From an uncultured Solirubrobacterales bacterium (GTDB lineage: Bacteria > Actinomycetota > Thermoleophilia > Solirubrobacterales > Solirubrobacteraceae): 64,000 bases of DNA. The position numbers and the translations under genes were made by a program. Below, piece by piece: positions 1 through 9,235 of this stretch. The notes beneath the pieces are model-generated. The model was given only the letters and a program-made list of their open reading frames with translations, was not told the origin of the DNA and made no database searches. The DNA is taken from NCBI GenBank assembly GCA_963846265.1, contig CAWJVJ010000005.1:601715-665714 (forward strand). Direction: 5' to 3'. Position 1 is the first letter of the stretch. Each line of letters starts with the position of its first letter.

Positions 1-197
1 AACCGCGCGTTGGCATCGTGGTCGTCGGCGAACCGCTCAGCAAGCAGCTTGATTGCGACGTTTCGGCTGAGCGCGCGATCGCGGGCGCACCACACCGAAG
101 CCATGCCGCCGCTGGCTATGTGGCGGAGCGCCGCGTATCGGTCCGGAAGCCCCAGATCCTTCCGAACGCGCGCGTCCGGGTGGGATTGATTACCCAT
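1..197 (-). CDS. Ser/Thr protein kinase, N-terminal part (3' end runs off the window)
   Basis: Not in the ORF track. Manual minus-strand translation from ATG at 197: MGNQSHPDARVRKDLGLPDRYAALRHIASGGMASVWCARDRALSRNVAIKLLAERFADDHDANARF. This has the Hanks-kinase Gly-loop (SGGMASVW) and the VAIK lysine. Confidence 0.9.
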   Translation of the reverse strand, partial: MGNQSHPDARVRKDLGLPDRYAALRHIASGGMASVWCARDRALSRNVAIKLLAERFADDHDANAR

Positions 198-388
198 CGA
201 AACGCCTCATTACCCGTCTGGAAGCATACGAACCTTCGCGGAGAGTGTCTGAAAAAGCCTGTGCGCTTTTGATTAGGACCACGCCCGCCTCCGCCCGCCC
301 GCCCATCTCGGCCCGCCCGCCCCCCGCCGCCCGCCGCCGCCCCAGGCCCGCCCCGGGCTCGCCCCCCCGGAAGCTATACTCGCCCGCC

Positions 389-580
389 ATGGCCAAGGTA
401 TGTCACGTGTGCAGTAAGGGACCTGCGTTCGGCAACTCGCGCAGCTATTCGATGGTCGCCACCAGACGGCGGTTCGACCCGAACCTTCAGCGGGTCCGGA
501 TTGACGACAACGGCACGCCTCGGCGGGTCTACGTCTGCACCCGCTGCCTCAAGGCCGGCAAGGTCGCTAAAGCCAAGTGA
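389..580 (+). CDS. rpmB: 50S ribosomal protein L28 (zinc-ribbon form)
   Basis: MAKVCHVCSKGPAFGNSRSYSMVATRRRFDPNLQRVRI...VCTRCLKAGKV; TATACT lies 8 nt before the ATG. Confidence 0.97.
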   Translation: MAKVCHVCSKGPAFGNSRSYSMVATRRRFDPNLQRVRIDDNGTPRRVYVCTRCLKAGKVAKAK

Positions 581-2322
581 CTGACACGGCTCGGGGGCTC
601 GCGCAGGACCCGAGCCCCGACCTGACCGGGTCGGACCTGAGCCTCGACCCGACCGCGCAGGACCCGACCCCTGACCCGACCGGGTCGGACCTGAGCCTGC
701 TCCGGTTCCGTGCCGTGCTCGAGGCGGGGCTGGCGGCGCTCGAGGCGCGCCGCGAGCAGGTCAACGAGCTCAACGTCTTCCCGGTCGCCGACGGTGACAC
801 CGGCGACAACATGGTGCTGACGCTGCGCGCGGTCGTCGAGGAGCTCGACCGCCTGGCGATAGCGCCGCCGGACGGGACGATCGCGCGTGTCGGCCGCGAT
901 GAGATAGTGGCCTCGGTCGCCCGCGCCGCCCTGCTCGGCGCCCGCGGGAGCTCCGGGGTGATCCTCTCGCAGCTGATCCGCGGCGCCGCCGAGGAGCTCG
1001 CCAGCCGGCCGGGCGAGCTCGTCGACCCGGTGCTGATCAGCGCCGCCCTGGCCCGCGCCGCCGACCAGGCTTACGGCTCGGTGCGCGAACCGGTCGAGGG
1101 CACGATCCTGACCGTGGTGCGCGAAATGGGCGTTCAGGTCGCGTCCGAGGCCGCTCGGATGCGCGACTCCCGGCTGGCCCCGGACGCCAGCCCCGAGGAC
1201 CAGAACGCGGTGATCGCCGCCGTGATCGAGCGCGCGCTGCAGGCAGGCGAGAGCTCAGTCGCTCGAGGGCCCGAACTGCTCCCGGCGCTGCGCGACGCCG
1301 GCGTCGTCGACGCCGGCGGGTATGGCCTCACGGCGTTCGTCGCCGGGATCGTCGGCGCGCTGCGCGGCGCCGCACGGGCGCCGCTCCAGCACCCCGCGAC
1401 GGCCCGCGTCACCCATCCGCAGCACTCGTCGACGACGTTCCGATACTGCGCGAGCTTCGCGGTCACCGGGACCGATCTCGAGCAGCGGCGGTTCGCGCCG
1501 GCGCTCGAGCAGCTCGGCGACTCGCTGCTGATCGTCGGCGATCAGGCGACGGTCAAAGTGCACATCCACACCGACGATCCCGACCGGGTCACCGCGGTGT
1601 TCTCGTCGCACGGAGCCGTCTCGCATCTCGACGTCGCCGATATGCGCGTGCAGGTCTCAGAGCGCGACGGGCGCCTTGCGAACGACGAGCCGGTCGTGTG
1701 CGGCGCGGTCGCAGTTGCCAGCGGCGCAGGGATGCAGTCGCTGTTCGAGAGCCTCGGTGTGCGCGCGCTCGACGGCGGCCCGTCACTCTCGCCATCGAGC
1801 TACGAGCTGCTCGCGGCGATCCACGCGATCGAGGCCGAGCAGGTCGTCGTGCTACCGAATAGCCCGAACGCCCTTAAAGCGGCCCGGCGCGCCGCCCAAC
1901 TCTCGGACAAGGCGGTGTCCGTGGTCCCGTCGCTGTCGCCCCAGGCCGGACTTGCGGCTGCGGTGACCCTTGATCCGACGCGTAGTGCGGGCCAGAACGC
2001 GGCCTCGATGACCAGGGCGTTCGAGCATGTCCGCACCGGCGCGGTCGCGCCTGCGGTGCTGGACGACGCTCAGGGCCGGTTCCGCGCCGGCGATGCGGTC
2101 GGGTTCGTCGAGGAGGAGATCGTCGCCTGGGGCCGGCCCCGGGAGGCGCTCAGGGAGGTGCTGGAACAGCTCGCGCACGACGCCGAGCTGATCACCTGCC
2201 TGCGGGGTGCCGAAGCACCGCTGGACGACGGGACGGTCCAGGCACTCGCTCATGGTGATGTCGAGTTCGAGCTTTCTGACGGCGGTCAGCAGGCCCACTG
2301 GTGGCTGTTGGCAGCTGAATAG
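577..2322 (+). CDS. DAK2 domain protein (fatty acid kinase FakA/YloV-like)
   Basis: LNVFPVADGDTGDNM motif, GARGSSGVILSQ, EGTILTV, VDAGG, KVHIHTD; usual position between rpmB and recG. Confidence 0.92.
   Translation: MTDTARGLAQDPSPDLTGSDLSLDPTAQDPTPDPTGSDLSLLRFRAVLEAGLAALEARREQVNELNVFPVADGDTGDNMVLTLRAVVEELDRLAIAPPDGTIARVGRDEIVASVARAALLGARGSSGVILSQLIRGAAEELASRPGELVDPVLISAALARAADQAYGSVREPVEGTILTVVREMGVQVASEAARMRDSRLAPDASPEDQNAVIAAVIERALQAGESSVARGPELLPALRDAGVVDAGGYGLTAFVAGIVGALRGAARAPLQHPATARVTHPQHSSTTFRYCASFAVTGTDLEQRRFAPALEQLGDSLLIVGDQATVKVHIHTDDPDRVTAVFSSHGAVSHLDVADMRVQVSERDGRLANDEPVVCGAVAVASGAGMQSLFESLGVRALDGGPSLSPSSYELLAAIHAIEAEQVVVLPNSPNALKAARRAAQLSDKAVSVVPSLSPQAGLAAAVTLDPTRSAGQNAASMTRAFEHVRTGAVAPAVLDDAQGRFRAGDAVGFVEEEIVAWGRPREALREVLEQLAHDAELITCLRGAEAPLDDGTVQALAHGDVEFELSDGGQQAHWWLLAAE
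601..698 (+). repeat. Two 44-bp direct repeats (54-bp period), in frame in the DAK2 N-terminus
   Basis: gcgcaggacccgagccccgacctgaccgggtcggacctgagcct (601-644) and gcgcaggacccgacccctgacccgaccgggtcggacctgagcct (655-698). Confidence 0.9.
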
Positions 2323-2353
2323 TGACCGCGGCTGCGGTCATGATCTGGCGCTG

Positions 2354-4498
2354 ATGGGCGCCACCGCGTTTGCGACCTCAGATCCGCTCGATCCGTCCGA
2401 GCTCGAGGCGGCTCCGGTGCGCTACCCCCGGCCGTCGAGGCTATCTGCTGCGCTGTCGCTCGAGGGGGCGAAGACGCGCAAGGCCGCCGAGTCCCTGGGG
2501 CTGGCGACGGTCGAGGACCTGCTGCTGCACCTGCCGCGCGACCGGCGCGAGGCTCGTGCGGTTGCCGAGCTCGTCCCCGGCGACAGCGCCACCGTCGTCG
2601 TCCAGGTCCGAAGCATCTCGTCGCGGTCGGTGCGCCGGCGCGGAATGCGCCCGCTGGTCGAGGCGACGGTCGCAGACGCCAGCGGCGCGATGAAGGCGAC
2701 GTTCTTCAACCAGCCGTGGCTCGAGCAGCGCTACCCGGTCGGAACGCGGCTGGCGCTCCACGGCAAGTTCGAGGGACGTCAGAGGTTCCGAGTCCAGGCT
2801 CACGCACGGACCGGCGACGCGGTGTCGGGCGGCGACGCCGGGGCGGGCGGCGTGGTGGCTCATTACCCGGCCACAGAGGGGCTGTCCTCGACCCAGATCC
2901 TGGCGCTGGTCACCGAGCACCGGGCGGCTTTCGACGAGGTGGTCGAGCCGCTGCCGGCCTTGGTGCGAGCGCGCGAGCGGCTGCCCGACCGGGCGACGGC
3001 GTTGACCGAGGCCCACTTCCCCGGCGGGTCCGATTCGGGCTTCGACGTCGCGCGGCGCCGCCTGGCTTTCGACGAGCTGCTGCTCGTGCAGCTGGTGCTG
3101 CTCCGCCGGCGGCAGCGCCGCCGCGCGTCGAGCACCGCGCCCGTGCTCGACTCCGAGCCCAAGCTGACCGCGCGGTGGCTGTCGGAGATGCTCCCGTTCT
3201 CGCTGACCGGAGATCAGTCGCTGGCGATCGACGCCGTCGATCGCGACCTGGCGCGGGACGTGCCGATGCAGCGGCTGCTGATGGGCGAGGTCGGGTCGGG
3301 AAAGACCGTCATTGCCCTGTACGCGTTGCTGCGGGCGGTCGAGCACGGCTACCAGGGGGCGCTGATGGCGCCGACCGAGACGCTCGCCGAGCAGCACTTC
3401 GCGACGATCCAGAAGCTGATGCCGGGGTCGGTGGTGCCGCTCGGGTTGCTGACCGGATCGACGCCCGCGCGCCGCCGCACGGACCTGCTCGGCAAGCTCG
3501 CGTCCGGGGAGCTGCCGCTGATCGTCGGGACCCACGCGCTGATCGAGGACGCGGTGCAGTTTGCGCGGCTCGGCGTTGCCGTCGTCGATGAGCAGCACCG
3601 GTTCGGCGTCCGCCAAAGGGCCGCGCTTGACGCCAAGGCCGGCGGCGACTCCGACGAAGGGCGTCCGCACGTCCTGCACATGACCGCGACCCCGATCCCG
3701 CGGACGCTCGCGCTGGCCGGATACGGCGATCTCGACTTTACGCTGCTGCGCGAGCTCCCAGCCGGACGGCGGCCGATCAAGACCTACGTGTGCTCCACCG
3801 ACCGTGAACGGGCGCGCGCGTACGAGCGGATCCGCGACGAGCTCCGTGCCGGCCGCCAGGCGTTCGTGGTGTGCCCGCTGGTGGAGGAGTCCGACCTGCT
3901 GCAGGCGCGCGCGGCCACGGCGGAGTTCGAGCGGCTCCGCGCCGGCGAGCTCCGCGACTTCGAGGTCGTGCTCGTGCACGGCCAGCTGCGGTCGGCCGCC
4001 AAGCAGGCCGCGATGGCCGCGTTCGCCTCGGGCGCGGCGGATGTGCTGGTGGCGACGTCCGTGATCGAGGTTGGGATCGACGTGCCGAACGCGACCGTGA
4101 TGCTCGTCGAGGACGCCGACCGCTACGGGATCTCGCAGTTGCACCAGCTCCGGGGCCGGATCGGGCGCGGGTCGCACGATTCGATCTGCCTGCTGTTCGG
4201 GGCGAAAGACTCGTTGCGGCTGCGGGCCCTGGCCGAGCACACCGACGGGTTCAAGCTCGCGGAGGTCGACCTCGAGCTGCGCGGCGAGGGAGAGCTCGTC
4301 GGAACGCGCCAGCACGGGCTGGCGCAGTTCCGTGTGGCCGAGCTGCCCCGCGACGCGGAGCTGCTCGAGCGGGCGCGACGCTACGCCGAGGAGGTCGTGT
4401 CCGGCGATCCCGAGCTGGCCGAACCCGAGCACGCGCTGCTCGCAGACGCGCTCGTACTCGCCTACGGCGCCGAGGCGCAGGCGCCGATCCGGGCGTGA
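2354..4498 (+). CDS. recG: ATP-dependent DNA helicase RecG
   Basis: OB wedge (TFFNQPW), QRLLMGEVGSGKT, DEQHRFG, MTATPIPRTL, QLHQLRGRIGRG. Start placed at ATG 2354. Confidence 0.97.
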   Translation: MGATAFATSDPLDPSELEAAPVRYPRPSRLSAALSLEGAKTRKAAESLGLATVEDLLLHLPRDRREARAVAELVPGDSATVVVQVRSISSRSVRRRGMRPLVEATVADASGAMKATFFNQPWLEQRYPVGTRLALHGKFEGRQRFRVQAHARTGDAVSGGDAGAGGVVAHYPATEGLSSTQILALVTEHRAAFDEVVEPLPALVRARERLPDRATALTEAHFPGGSDSGFDVARRRLAFDELLLVQLVLLRRRQRRRASSTAPVLDSEPKLTARWLSEMLPFSLTGDQSLAIDAVDRDLARDVPMQRLLMGEVGSGKTVIALYALLRAVEHGYQGALMAPTETLAEQHFATIQKLMPGSVVPLGLLTGSTPARRRTDLLGKLASGELPLIVGTHALIEDAVQFARLGVAVVDEQHRFGVRQRAALDAKAGGDSDEGRPHVLHMTATPIPRTLALAGYGDLDFTLLRELPAGRRPIKTYVCSTDRERARAYERIRDELRAGRQAFVVCPLVEESDLLQARAATAEFERLRAGELRDFEVVLVHGQLRSAAKQAAMAAFASGAADVLVATSVIEVGIDVPNATVMLVEDADRYGISQLHQLRGRIGRGSHDSICLLFGAKDSLRLRALAEHTDGFKLAEVDLELRGEGELVGTRQHGLAQFRVAELPRDAELLERARRYAEEVVSGDPELAEPEHALLADALVLAYGAEAQAPIRA

Positions 4499-5025
4499 GG
4501 GTCGTCGCCGGCGCGTTTCGCGGGCACCGGCTCCTCGCGCCGCGCGGTGGTTCGACCCGGCCGACCTCGGATCGGGTCCGCGAGGCGCTGTTCTCGATCC
4601 TGGTCTCGGTGGAGGGGGCGCGGGTGCTCGACCTGTTCGCGGGCTCGGGGGCGCTGGCGATCGAGGCGCTCTCTCGCGGGGCGGCTGAGGCGGTGCTCGT
4701 GGACTCCTCCGCGGCCGCCGTGACGGCTATCCGGCACAACCTCGAGGGGGTGGGGGTCCGCGCCGACGTGTACCGCATGGCGGCTCGGGCATACCTCGAA
4801 AGGGCACGCCGGGACGCTCGTCAATACGATCTGGTGTTCCTCGATCCTCCATATCGGCACGCGAGCACGCTCGGGCAGGAGCTCTCGGCAGCGTTGGGAC
4901 CGGTTCTGGCGCCCGGTGCCCGGGTAGTGGCCGAGAGCGACCGGCGTGCGCCGCTCGAACTCGACCTGGCGCTGCTTGACGAGCGCCGCTACGGAGACAC
5001 TTTGGTCCGAATCCATGGCACCTGA
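4495..5025 (+). CDS. rsmD: 16S rRNA m2G966 methyltransferase RsmD
   Basis: VRVVAG...TRPTSDRVREALF, LDLFAGSGALAIEALSRGA, VFLDPPY; GTGA overlap with recG. Confidence 0.95.
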   Translation: MRVVAGAFRGHRLLAPRGGSTRPTSDRVREALFSILVSVEGARVLDLFAGSGALAIEALSRGAAEAVLVDSSAAAVTAIRHNLEGVGVRADVYRMAARAYLERARRDARQYDLVFLDPPYRHASTLGQELSAALGPVLAPGARVVAESDRRAPLELDLALLDERRYGDTLVRIHGT

Positions 5026-5512
5026 CAACCGCATCGCGATCTGTCCCGGCACGTTCGACCCGGTCACGAACGGGCATCTCGACGTCATCGCCCGCTCCTC
5101 GAAGATGTACGACCGGGTGATCGTGGCGGTCGTGAACCTGCCGTGGCGCAAGGGCAGCACGGTGTTCAGCACCGAGGAGCGAGTGGGGTTCCTGCAGGGC
5201 GCGACGGAGTCTTTTCCAAACGTCGGAGTGGAGCCGTTCAGCACCCTGTTGGTCGATTTCGCGCGCGAACGCGGCGCGATGGCGATCGTCAAGGGCCTGC
5301 GCGCGATCTCCGACTTCGAGTACGAGCTAGAGATGAATCAGCTGAACCGCCGGCAGGACCCGGAGATCGAATCCGTTTACCTGATGGCGTCCGCCAAGTA
5401 CAGTTTCCTGAGCTCAAGCGGCATCAAGGAACTTGCCACGTTCGGCGGGGACATCGAGGATCTTGTTCCCGCAGAGGTCGCCAGCGCCTTGAAGGAACGG
5501 CTCAGCCGCTAA
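5015..5512 (+). CDS. coaD: Phosphopantetheine adenylyltransferase
   Basis: CPGTFDPVTNGHLDVI, KGLRAISDFEYE, SSSGIKE. Confidence 0.97.
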   Translation: MAPDNRIAICPGTFDPVTNGHLDVIARSSKMYDRVIVAVVNLPWRKGSTVFSTEERVGFLQGATESFPNVGVEPFSTLLVDFARERGAMAIVKGLRAISDFEYELEMNQLNRRQDPEIESVYLMASAKYSFLSSSGIKELATFGGDIEDLVPAEVASALKERLSR

Positions 5513-5529
5513 CGAAACAGAGGTTTGGG

Positions 5530-5994
5530 ATGGATGTCCTGGTACTCATCGACAAGCTTGACGATCTGGTGCACAACGCGCGAGCGGTGCCGCTGACCGA
5601 TCAGGTCCGGGTCGACAAGGAGGAGATCTACGACATCCTCGACCAGATGCGCGCCACGATCCCCGAGGAGATCAAGCAGGCGCGGTGGATCGTCAAGGAG
5701 CGCCAGGAGATGCTGGCCGAGGCCAAGCGCGAGGCCGAGCGGATCGTCAAGGAGGCCCGCGAGCGCCAGGAGCGGATGGTCTCCGAGGAGGAGATCACCA
5801 AGCAGGCCGAGCGCGGCGCCGAGGACATCATCGAGGACGCCCGCGCCCGCGAGCGCGAGATCCGGCTCGGTGCGGAGGACTACGCCGACGAGATCCTGAA
5901 CACGCTCGAGGTCAACCTCTCGAAGTTCATCGCGGCCGTGCGCCGGGGGCGCGAGCGGCTGGCGGGCAAGGAAGAGCCCGCCGAAGTCTCATAG
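5530..5994 (+). CDS. SepIVA/DivIVA-like coiled-coil protein
   Basis: MDVLVLIDKLDDLV...AVPLTDQVRVDKEE...LPEE/IPEEIKQARW...; conserved family usually found between coaD and yceD-rpmF. Confidence 0.8.
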   Translation: MDVLVLIDKLDDLVHNARAVPLTDQVRVDKEEIYDILDQMRATIPEEIKQARWIVKERQEMLAEAKREAERIVKEARERQERMVSEEEITKQAERGAEDIIEDARAREREIRLGAEDYADEILNTLEVNLSKFIAAVRRGRERLAGKEEPAEVS

Positions 5995-6101
5995 CGGCGC
6001 TCGCTCGCTGATGCGCTGGTGGTCTTCGACCGCCACCGCTAACGTCGGACCTTGGCGATGAGGCTGCGTATATGCCAGGTCCAGCGCCAAAGTTCGTCCG
6101 C

Positions 6102-6857
6102 ATGAGTGATTCGCACCGTCCCGTCATTGGCATCTGCGCCGTGCGCGAGCGCGCCAGCTGGGCGTTCTGGAACCAGGACGCCCACCTCGTCGCCGACTCG
6201 TACGTGGCGCCGGTGCAGCGCGCCGGCGGGGTGGCGGTGCTGCTGGCGGTCGACACGCGCCCGCCGGTCGAGCTGCTCGACTGGCTCGACGGGTTGATGC
6301 TGATCGGCGGCGCCGATCTCGACCCCGCCTCGTACGACGCCCCCCGCGAACCGGCGACCGAGTCCTTCTATCCCGAGCGCGACGAGTTCGAGCTCGCAAT
6401 GGTGCGCGCCGCGATCGAGCGCGACGTGCCCGTGCTGGCGATCTGCCGGGGCATGCAGATCCTGAACGTCGCCTTCGGTGGCACGCTCGAGCAGAACCTG
6501 GTCGCCGCCGACGGCAGCACCCCTCATCGCAAGGTGCTCGGGACGTTCGAGGGCAACGAGCACACGGTCAAGCTCGCGCCCGGCTCGCTGGCGGCGGACG
6601 CGGTCGGCGAGCAGGTCCACATCGCCCGCTGCCACCACCACCAGGCCGTCCGTGACCTCGGCGAGGGCCTCGTCGTCACGGGTCGGGCGGAGTCAGACGA
6701 TGTGACCGAGGCGATCGAGCTCGCCGACGGGCGGTGGGCGCTCGGCGTGCAATGGCATCCCGAGGCCGACGACCGCAGCCGATTGTTCGGGGCGCTGCTC
6801 GACGCGGCGCGTTCGGGCCGTTCGGCGCGCGGCGTGGTCGCCGAACCCCGCGCCTAG
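6102..6857 (+). CDS. Gamma-glutamyl-gamma-aminobutyrate hydrolase family (peptidase C26, class I glutamine amidotransferase)
   Basis: RPVIGI, GGADLDP, VLAICRGMQILNVAFGG (nucleophile Cys), HHQAV, GVQWHPE. Confidence 0.92.
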   Translation: MSDSHRPVIGICAVRERASWAFWNQDAHLVADSYVAPVQRAGGVAVLLAVDTRPPVELLDWLDGLMLIGGADLDPASYDAPREPATESFYPERDEFELAMVRAAIERDVPVLAICRGMQILNVAFGGTLEQNLVAADGSTPHRKVLGTFEGNEHTVKLAPGSLAADAVGEQVHIARCHHHQAVRDLGEGLVVTGRAESDDVTEAIELADGRWALGVQWHPEADDRSRLFGALLDAARSGRSARGVVAEPRA

Positions 6858-7132
6858 CGGATCTCGAACCCGCTGAGCCCCTCGGGGTCCTCCTCGGTGA
6901 TCTCGATCTGCTCGACCGAGGCCTGGCGAGGACCCGTACGGCAAAACCTGACGACGCTCTCGACATTGTCGGTCCGGCCTTCGAGTACGGCCTCGACCGC
7001 GCCGTCCGAGCGGTTGCGAATCCACCCCGACACGCCGTGCGACCGGGCTCGCTCGCGTACCGAGTCGCGGAAGAAAACGCCCTGAACGCGTCCGTGCGCG
7101 ACCACGCGGCGGCGTATCCGATCGGCGGGCAC
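6854..7132 (-). CDS. acyP: Acylphosphatase
   Basis: GRVQGVFFR, GWIRNRSDGAVEA, GPRQASVE, FEIR. Confidence 0.95.
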   Translation of the reverse strand: MPADRIRRRVVAHGRVQGVFFRDSVRERARSHGVSGWIRNRSDGAVEAVLEGRTDNVESVVRFCRTGPRQASVEQIEITEEDPEGLSGFEIR

Positions 7133-7218
7133 GACGGGCGATTCTCGCAGGCCGTCTGGAACGGCCGTTTTGCGGGGATTTCTTTCCGTCCGAGGCCTCA
7201 GCGATCCTAAGCGGTCCC

Positions 7219-8574
7219 ATGAACTCGTTGTGGTTGCTCATCGGTGTGGTTGCCGGCGCGGGCGCGGTCCTGTTGGCGGTCCGTCCCCGGCTGCGGTCGT
7301 TGTCGGTCGAGGCCGCGCGCGCCGGCGAGATCGAGCGTGAGCTCGTGCGTGCCCGATCGGACCTCGAGCACGAGCGTGTGCTGGCCGAGGAACGTCTGGC
7401 GACGCTGACCGACGCCCAGGAGCGGCTGTCGGTCTCGTTCAAGGCGTTGAGCGCCGACGCGCTGAAGTCGAGCATCGACCAGCTGACCGAGCTCAACCGC
7501 GCCCAGCTGAACGCCGCCCGGGCGGAGGCCAGAGGAGATCTCGACACGCGCCGGCAGGCGGTCGAGCAGCTCGTGGCCCCGCTCAAGGAGCAGCTCGGCC
7601 GGGTCGACGCCCAGCTGCTCCATCTCGATCAGGAGCGGCGGGAGTCGCGCGGGCGGCTCGAGGCTCAGCTGAAGACACTTGCTGACACCGGCGAGCGTCT
7701 CCGAACCGAGACCGGCGCGCTCGTGACCGCGCTGCGCAAGCCGAACGCCCGCGGACAGTGGGGTCAGATGCAGCTCCGCAACGTGGTCGAGCTCGCCGGG
7801 ATGGTCAGGTACTGCGACTTCGCCGAGCAGTCTTCGGTCGCCGGCGATGAGACGACGCTGCGTCCCGACCTGATCGTCAACCTGCCCGGCGGCAAGCATG
7901 TCGTCGTCGACGCCAAGGCGCCGTTGCAGGGCGTACTCGATGCCTACCAGGCCCGGGATGAGGAGGAGCGCCAGCGGCACCTGCGCGACCATGCGCGGCT
8001 GCTGCGCCGGCACGTTAAGGCGCTCGCCGACAAGGCCTACTGGGCGGGTCTCGACTCCGCCCCCGACCTCGTCGTGATGTTCCTGCCCGGCGAGCATCTG
8101 TACGGCGCGGCGCTCGAGGTCGATCCCGGGCTGATCGAGGACGCGATGGCGCGGCGGGTACTGATCGCCACCCCGACGACGCTGCTCGCGATGCTTCACG
8201 CGGTCGCGTACGGCTGGCAGCAGGAGCGCGTCGCGGAATCCGCCCAGGCGATCTCAGAGCTCGGGCGGGAGCTGCACGGTCGCCTGGTGAAGCTCTCGAG
8301 CCTGCTCGCCACGCTCGGCACTCGTCTGAACAGCACCGTTCGCGCCTACAACGACGCCGTCGGCTCCTACGAGGCACGCGTGCTCCCTGCGGCGCGCCGG
8401 TTCGAGGACCACGGATCGGTGGCGGCCGGCCGGGAGCTCCCCGAGCTCGAGCCGGTCACGGTCAGCGCCCGGAGCGTCCGCGCCGCCGACCTCGGTGCCG
8501 GCCCCGGCGAGGGGCGCCGTCGCGACGACGCGCCCGAGCAGCTGACGATGCGCCGGCTCCGCGCCGCGGACTAG
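7219..8574 (+). CDS. rmuC: DNA recombination protein RmuC
   Basis: N-terminal TM and coiled coil, RGQWGQMQL, RPDLIVNLPGGKHVVVDAKAP, VMFLPGE, IATPTTLLA. Confidence 0.93.
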   Translation: MNSLWLLIGVVAGAGAVLLAVRPRLRSLSVEAARAGEIERELVRARSDLEHERVLAEERLATLTDAQERLSVSFKALSADALKSSIDQLTELNRAQLNAARAEARGDLDTRRQAVEQLVAPLKEQLGRVDAQLLHLDQERRESRGRLEAQLKTLADTGERLRTETGALVTALRKPNARGQWGQMQLRNVVELAGMVRYCDFAEQSSVAGDETTLRPDLIVNLPGGKHVVVDAKAPLQGVLDAYQARDEEERQRHLRDHARLLRRHVKALADKAYWAGLDSAPDLVVMFLPGEHLYGAALEVDPGLIEDAMARRVLIATPTTLLAMLHAVAYGWQQERVAESAQAISELGRELHGRLVKLSSLLATLGTRLNSTVRAYNDAVGSYEARVLPAARRFEDHGSVAAGRELPELEPVTVSARSVRAADLGAGPGEGRRRDDAPEQLTMRRLRAAD

Positions 8575-9146
8575 TCGCGCTCCGGTCCGGTATCGCCGGT
8601 AGCCGAACCGGATCCGCCGGTTGCCGGTCCGGGATCACCGGTCGGCGGCCCCGACCCGCCGGCCGCCACCCGCGCCTCCCACCACCGCCGCAGATCAGCG
8701 CGCTGGTGCGGCAATGGGTCGGCCGACGGCTTGCGCCGGCGGACGTAATCAAGCGCGTCGTCGATGTCGATCCCGGAACGGACCGCGACCACTCCGGCGG
8801 CGACCGCGGCGGATCGCTGCCAGCCCGCCCGGCAGTGCAGATAGGTGCGCTCGCCGGCGTCGAGCCAGCGGTTGATCTCCTGCACCGCGGCCTCGATCCG
8901 GTCGGCCGGCAGGTCTCCGTAGTCGGTCAGGCCGAGGCGCTCCTCGGCGATGCCGGCGTCGGCGAGCGCGTCCTCGACTGCCTCACGCTGTCCCGGCCGG
9001 TATTCCTCGTCCTCGCTCAGGTTGAGCACTCGGCGTATCCCCAGCCGGGCGAGCGCGTCCACGTCGTCCTCGTCGAGCGGGTAAGCGCCGACGATCAGGT
9101 CGTCGAACACGTCGGCGAACCCGTACATGCGAAACCAGCGCGACAC
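8571..9146 (-). CDS. Dual-specificity protein phosphatase family protein
   Basis: YLHCRAGWQRSAAV (CX5R P-loop), general-acid loop LTDYG. Confidence 0.88.
   Translation of the reverse strand: MSRWFRMYGFADVFDDLIVGAYPLDEDDVDALARLGIRRVLNLSEDEEYRPGQREAVEDALADAGIAEERLGLTDYGDLPADRIEAAVQEINRWLDAGERTYLHCRAGWQRSAAVAAGVVAVRSGIDIDDALDYVRRRKPSADPLPHQRADLRRWWEARVAAGGSGPPTGDPGPATGGSGSATGDTGPERD
8582..8665. repeat. Four degenerate 21-bp tandem units encoding the phosphatase C-terminal tail
   Basis: Peptide GGSGPPT/GDPGPAT/GGSGSAT/GDTGPER; 21-nt periodicity in the DNA. Confidence 0.7.
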
Positions 9147-9235
9147 CGGTTGGATGATCGCGGCTCCGGCGCGGAACCGACACCCCGCCGGCGCCGATCG
9201 AGGCCCCGGGAGGTCGGCGGTAAGCTCGATGTGGG

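Noticed and set aside
6052-6105. Leader peptide (TTG...TGA) overlapping the C26 hydrolase ATG
   Set aside because: ATGA overlaps arise easily by chance, and it has no SD or distinctive residues.
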